Below are positions 61,389-64,000 of a stretch of DNA of 64,000 nucleotides, one piece after another. The notes beneath the pieces are model-generated. The model saw only the letters and a program-made list of their open reading frames with translations. It had not been told where the DNA came from and made no database searches. Numbering within the stretch: the first letter of the stretch is position 1; each line of letters opens with the position of its first letter. The position numbers and the translations under genes are program-made. This DNA comes from Alphaproteobacteria bacterium. Lineage in GTDB: Bacteria > Pseudomonadota > Alphaproteobacteria > Bin95. The stretch spans positions 4,576,001-4,640,000 of the forward strand of contig CBDBGH010000003.1 of the NCBI GenBank assembly GCA_965205265.1, written 5' to 3'.

Positions 61389-62405
61389 GTGACACTGCAA
61401 TTCGGCCTTCGCGTGCCCACGGTGGGCGCGCCCCGGGATACCGCCGCCTATGCCGCCCGTGTCGAGGCCGCCGGCTTCGACTTCATGTGGGTGCCGGACA
61501 CGCCGCTGCTCGCCGGGCGCTGGCGGGATGTCTATATGCATCTGGGCGCGGCGGCCGGGAGTACGGAGCGCCTGCGGCTCGGCCCCGGCGTTACCAACCC
61601 GTTGACCCGCCATCCGCTGACCACGGCAAGCGCCATCGCGACCCTGGATGACGCCTCCGGCGGCCGGGCGGATCTGGTGGCGGGCACGGGCTACAGTTCC
61701 GCCTACATCATCGGGCGCAAGGCGGCGACCCTGGCCGATATGCGAGACGCGACGGCGCTCTGGCGCGGCCTGTTAAGCGGCCGGCCGACCGATCCGGGCG
61801 GCTCGGAGACCGTGCTCGACCCGGCCTACGGCCATGTGCCCATCCTGCTCGCCGCGACCGGCCCGCGCATGCTGGCGCTTGCGGGCGAAATCGCCGACGG
61901 CGTGCTCATCCATGTGGGCGCCGCGCCGGAGGCCGTCGCCTGGGCGCTGGAGCGGATCGACGCCGGCATGGCGGCCGCGGGCCGGTCGAGAGAGGAGGTC
62001 CGGCGCATCGTCGTGGTCACGGCCTGCATCGACGACGACCGCGAGCGCGCCATCGACCGTATGCGCCCCTGTGCGGCGGGCCTCTGCCGGCATCGCCATG
62101 CGGGCGTCTTCTTCCCCGGCATCGGGATACCGGCCCGGCCGGCGGACTATGCGGAGCCCTATCCGGACCTCGGCCATGCGGTGGACTGGGACGAGGCGAA
62201 GCGGGTGACGGCCTATGTGCCCGACGCCGCGGTGGAAGCCTGCGTCGCGCTCGGCTCCGCCGACGAGGTTGCCGAACGCGCGCGGGCGCTGGCGGCGCTC
62301 GACATAGACGCGATCTGGTGGCGCGACGAGGCGACCTGGACCCGGCCCGACCGGCTGATGGAGCGCCTCGCGGCCGAAGTGATGCCGCACTTCCGGGCGG
62401 GCTGA
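61389..62405 (+). CDS. Luciferase-like (Mer-type) flavin/F420-dependent oxidoreductase
   Basis: GPGVTNPLTRHP, ATLDDASGGR, AATGPRMLALAGEIADGV; GTG after GGGGGAG. Confidence 0.85.
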   Translation: MTLQFGLRVPTVGAPRDTAAYAARVEAAGFDFMWVPDTPLLAGRWRDVYMHLGAAAGSTERLRLGPGVTNPLTRHPLTTASAIATLDDASGGRADLVAGTGYSSAYIIGRKAATLADMRDATALWRGLLSGRPTDPGGSETVLDPAYGHVPILLAATGPRMLALAGEIADGVLIHVGAAPEAVAWALERIDAGMAAAGRSREEVRRIVVVTACIDDDRERAIDRMRPCAAGLCRHRHAGVFFPGIGIPARPADYAEPYPDLGHAVDWDEAKRVTAYVPDAAVEACVALGSADEVAERARALAALDIDAIWWRDEATWTRPDRLMERLAAEVMPHFRAG

Positions 62406-62488
62406 CGCGAAGCGCCCGCCTGGCTTGCCGCCCGCCCGCGCGCCGTCCAGACTGCCGGGGCGATGAACGGCCGGAGAGGAGAGAGGGC

Positions 62489-63016
62489 ATGGCGGACGGC
62501 TTCACGATCACGAAATTCAGGGATGTCGCGGACGGGCTGCAGGCGGGCCAGTTCGCCGTGGGCGAGCGGCGCAAGGCAGGCAGCCTCGACGATCTCGACC
62601 CCGTCCACAGGGATCTGCTCGACCGGCCGATCACGGTCTCGCTCGGCGTGATGACGCCGGACGGGCGTATCGGGCTCACGCCGATGTGGTTCGACTACGA
62701 GGGCGACAAGATCCTGGTGAACACCGCGTCCCACCGCTCCAAATGCGGCTGGATACGCGCCAATCCCGAAATGACGGTGCTCATCGTCAACCCCGACAAC
62801 CCCTATCACTGGGTGCAGATCCGCTGCACGGTGGAAGAGGAGCTGCGGGAATGGGAAGAGGGCGGCGAGCGCGTCACCCGGCAGCTCGACAAAATCTGGT
62901 CGAAATATACCGGCGCCGAGCCGCCCTACGGGCTGCGCGACCCCGAGATCGACGAGAAGCGGGTGCTGTTCGTCTGCCGGATCGACCGGATCGCCACCTT
63001 CGGCAGGCCCGCCTGA
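62489..63016 (+). CDS. Pyridoxamine 5'-phosphate oxidase-like split-barrel protein (PPOX class)
   Basis: PDG..LTPMWF, VNT..RSK..IRANP, DNPYHW. Confidence 0.75.
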   Translation: MADGFTITKFRDVADGLQAGQFAVGERRKAGSLDDLDPVHRDLLDRPITVSLGVMTPDGRIGLTPMWFDYEGDKILVNTASHRSKCGWIRANPEMTVLIVNPDNPYHWVQIRCTVEEELREWEEGGERVTRQLDKIWSKYTGAEPPYGLRDPEIDEKRVLFVCRIDRIATFGRPA

Positions 63017-63035
63017 CCGCGCTCGGGCAGTCGAA

Positions 63036-63509
63036 ATGACGAAACTGCGAGGCCCGGACCGTGTGAAAGCCGCCTTGGAGGCGCTTTCGCTCGATTGCGA
63101 GGTGCTGACCCTGCCCGACTCGACCCGGACGGCCGCAGAGGCGGCGGAGGCGGTCGGCTGCGCGGTGGGCGAGATTGCGAAGTCGCTGGTCTTCCGCGCC
63201 GGGGACCGCGCCGTGGTCGCTGTCGTCAGCGGCGGCGACCGGATCGACACGGCCAGGCTCGGGCAAGCCGTCGGCACGGAGGTCGGCCGGGCGGATGCCG
63301 GGTTCGTGCGCGCCGCGACCGGATTCTCGATCGGCGGCGTGCCTCCTCTCGGCCATGCGGGGCCCGTCGCCCTGTTCATGGACAGGGGCCTCTTCCGGTT
63401 CGCGCGGGTCTGGGCGGCGGCGGGCAGCCCGTTTTCGGTGTTCGCCATCGAGCCGGCGCGGTTGCGCGATGCCAGCGGCGCGACAGTCGCGGATATCAGG
63501 GTAGCGTGA
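63036..63509 (+). CDS. YbaK/EbsC aminoacyl-tRNA editing protein
   Basis: TRTAAEAA, IAKSLVF, TGFSIGGVPPLGH, WAAAG. Confidence 0.92.
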   Translation: MTKLRGPDRVKAALEALSLDCEVLTLPDSTRTAAEAAEAVGCAVGEIAKSLVFRAGDRAVVAVVSGGDRIDTARLGQAVGTEVGRADAGFVRAATGFSIGGVPPLGHAGPVALFMDRGLFRFARVWAAAGSPFSVFAIEPARLRDASGATVADIRVA

Positions 63510-63546
63510 GCCGCCGCGTTTCGGGCCGGGCGGGTCCGCAAGAGAT

Positions 63547-64000
63547 TCAGAACCGGAACTGCAAAGCGGCGGAGATGCGGCTTTCCGGGCCGCCGGTTCG
63601 CGGAGTGCGGCGCTCAGCGGCGAGTCTAAGCACGGGGCCCGCCAGCGGCCCCATGTCGAGCCCGAGCGTCAATTTGCGGTCGTTTGCGCCGGCGAGGCTG
63701 AGCGCCGCATACGGTTCGAACAGCGAACGGCGCAAGACGAAACGCCAGCCGGCCTTCAAGTCCAGGGCAGGCAGCGCCCTGCCGCCGCGTTTCGGGGCGT
63801 TGCGGGACCAAAGCCGTTCGGGTTTGCCGCTCCCGCCGGCCAGCGCCCCGTATGCCCCGGCCAGCGACCATGACGGCCCGCCGCGGTCGGGGTCCGCCGG
63901 CTGCCGCACCGTGGCCGTCAGGCCGAATTCCCGATATTCGCGACCGGAATGCCAAACAAGGCCCCGTAACCGGATATCCGCGTGCCCGGACGAGGCCGGC
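63547..64000 (-). CDS. C-terminus of probable outer-membrane beta-barrel/autotransporter protein (partial)
   Basis: Frame is open to the window edge; alternating beta-strand pattern and terminal ISAALQFRF. Confidence 0.55.
   Translation of the reverse strand, partial: PASSGHADIRLRGLVWHSGREYREFGLTATVRQPADPDRGGPSWSLAGAYGALAGGSGKPERLWSRNAPKRGGRALPALDLKAGWRFVLRRSLFEPYAALSLAGANDRKLTLGLDMGPLAGPVLRLAAERRTPRTGGPESRISAALQFRF

Overview
GC-rich bacterial DNA, most likely an alphaproteobacterium (rplU-rpmA-obgE-proBA-nadD-rsfS-rlmH-ctpA-rppH gene order). The many TauD dioxygenases, TRAP transporters, a betaine methyltransferase and C-P lyase suggest a marine or host-associated organism, which is inference. 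Bases 1-26.6 kb are an accessory, partly decayed region ending at the 3' end of tRNA-Ser(CGA). It carries catabolic genes, an IS630 element and a fused glycine/sarcosine/dimethylglycine methyltransferase gene followed by metF. The most striking structure lies in that methyltransferase gene: a 1916-bp IS1634-family element inserted with a 215-bp target duplication, and a second copy inserted into the first with a 91-bp duplication that regenerates the outer copy's putative promoter, start codon and intact transposase. The right part holds core genes (including an in-frame NadD-RsfS fusion), an RHH plus nucleotidyltransferase toxin-antitoxin-like pair with a palindromic operator and an apparent catalytic Asp-to-Tyr change, tandem SDR paralogues, a phnGHIJKLM-HD-phnN operon, two REP-type palindromes inside different MITE-like shells, IS relics, maeB, and LLM/PPOX oxidoreductases. 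All assignments come from reading motifs by eye; no database searches were run.
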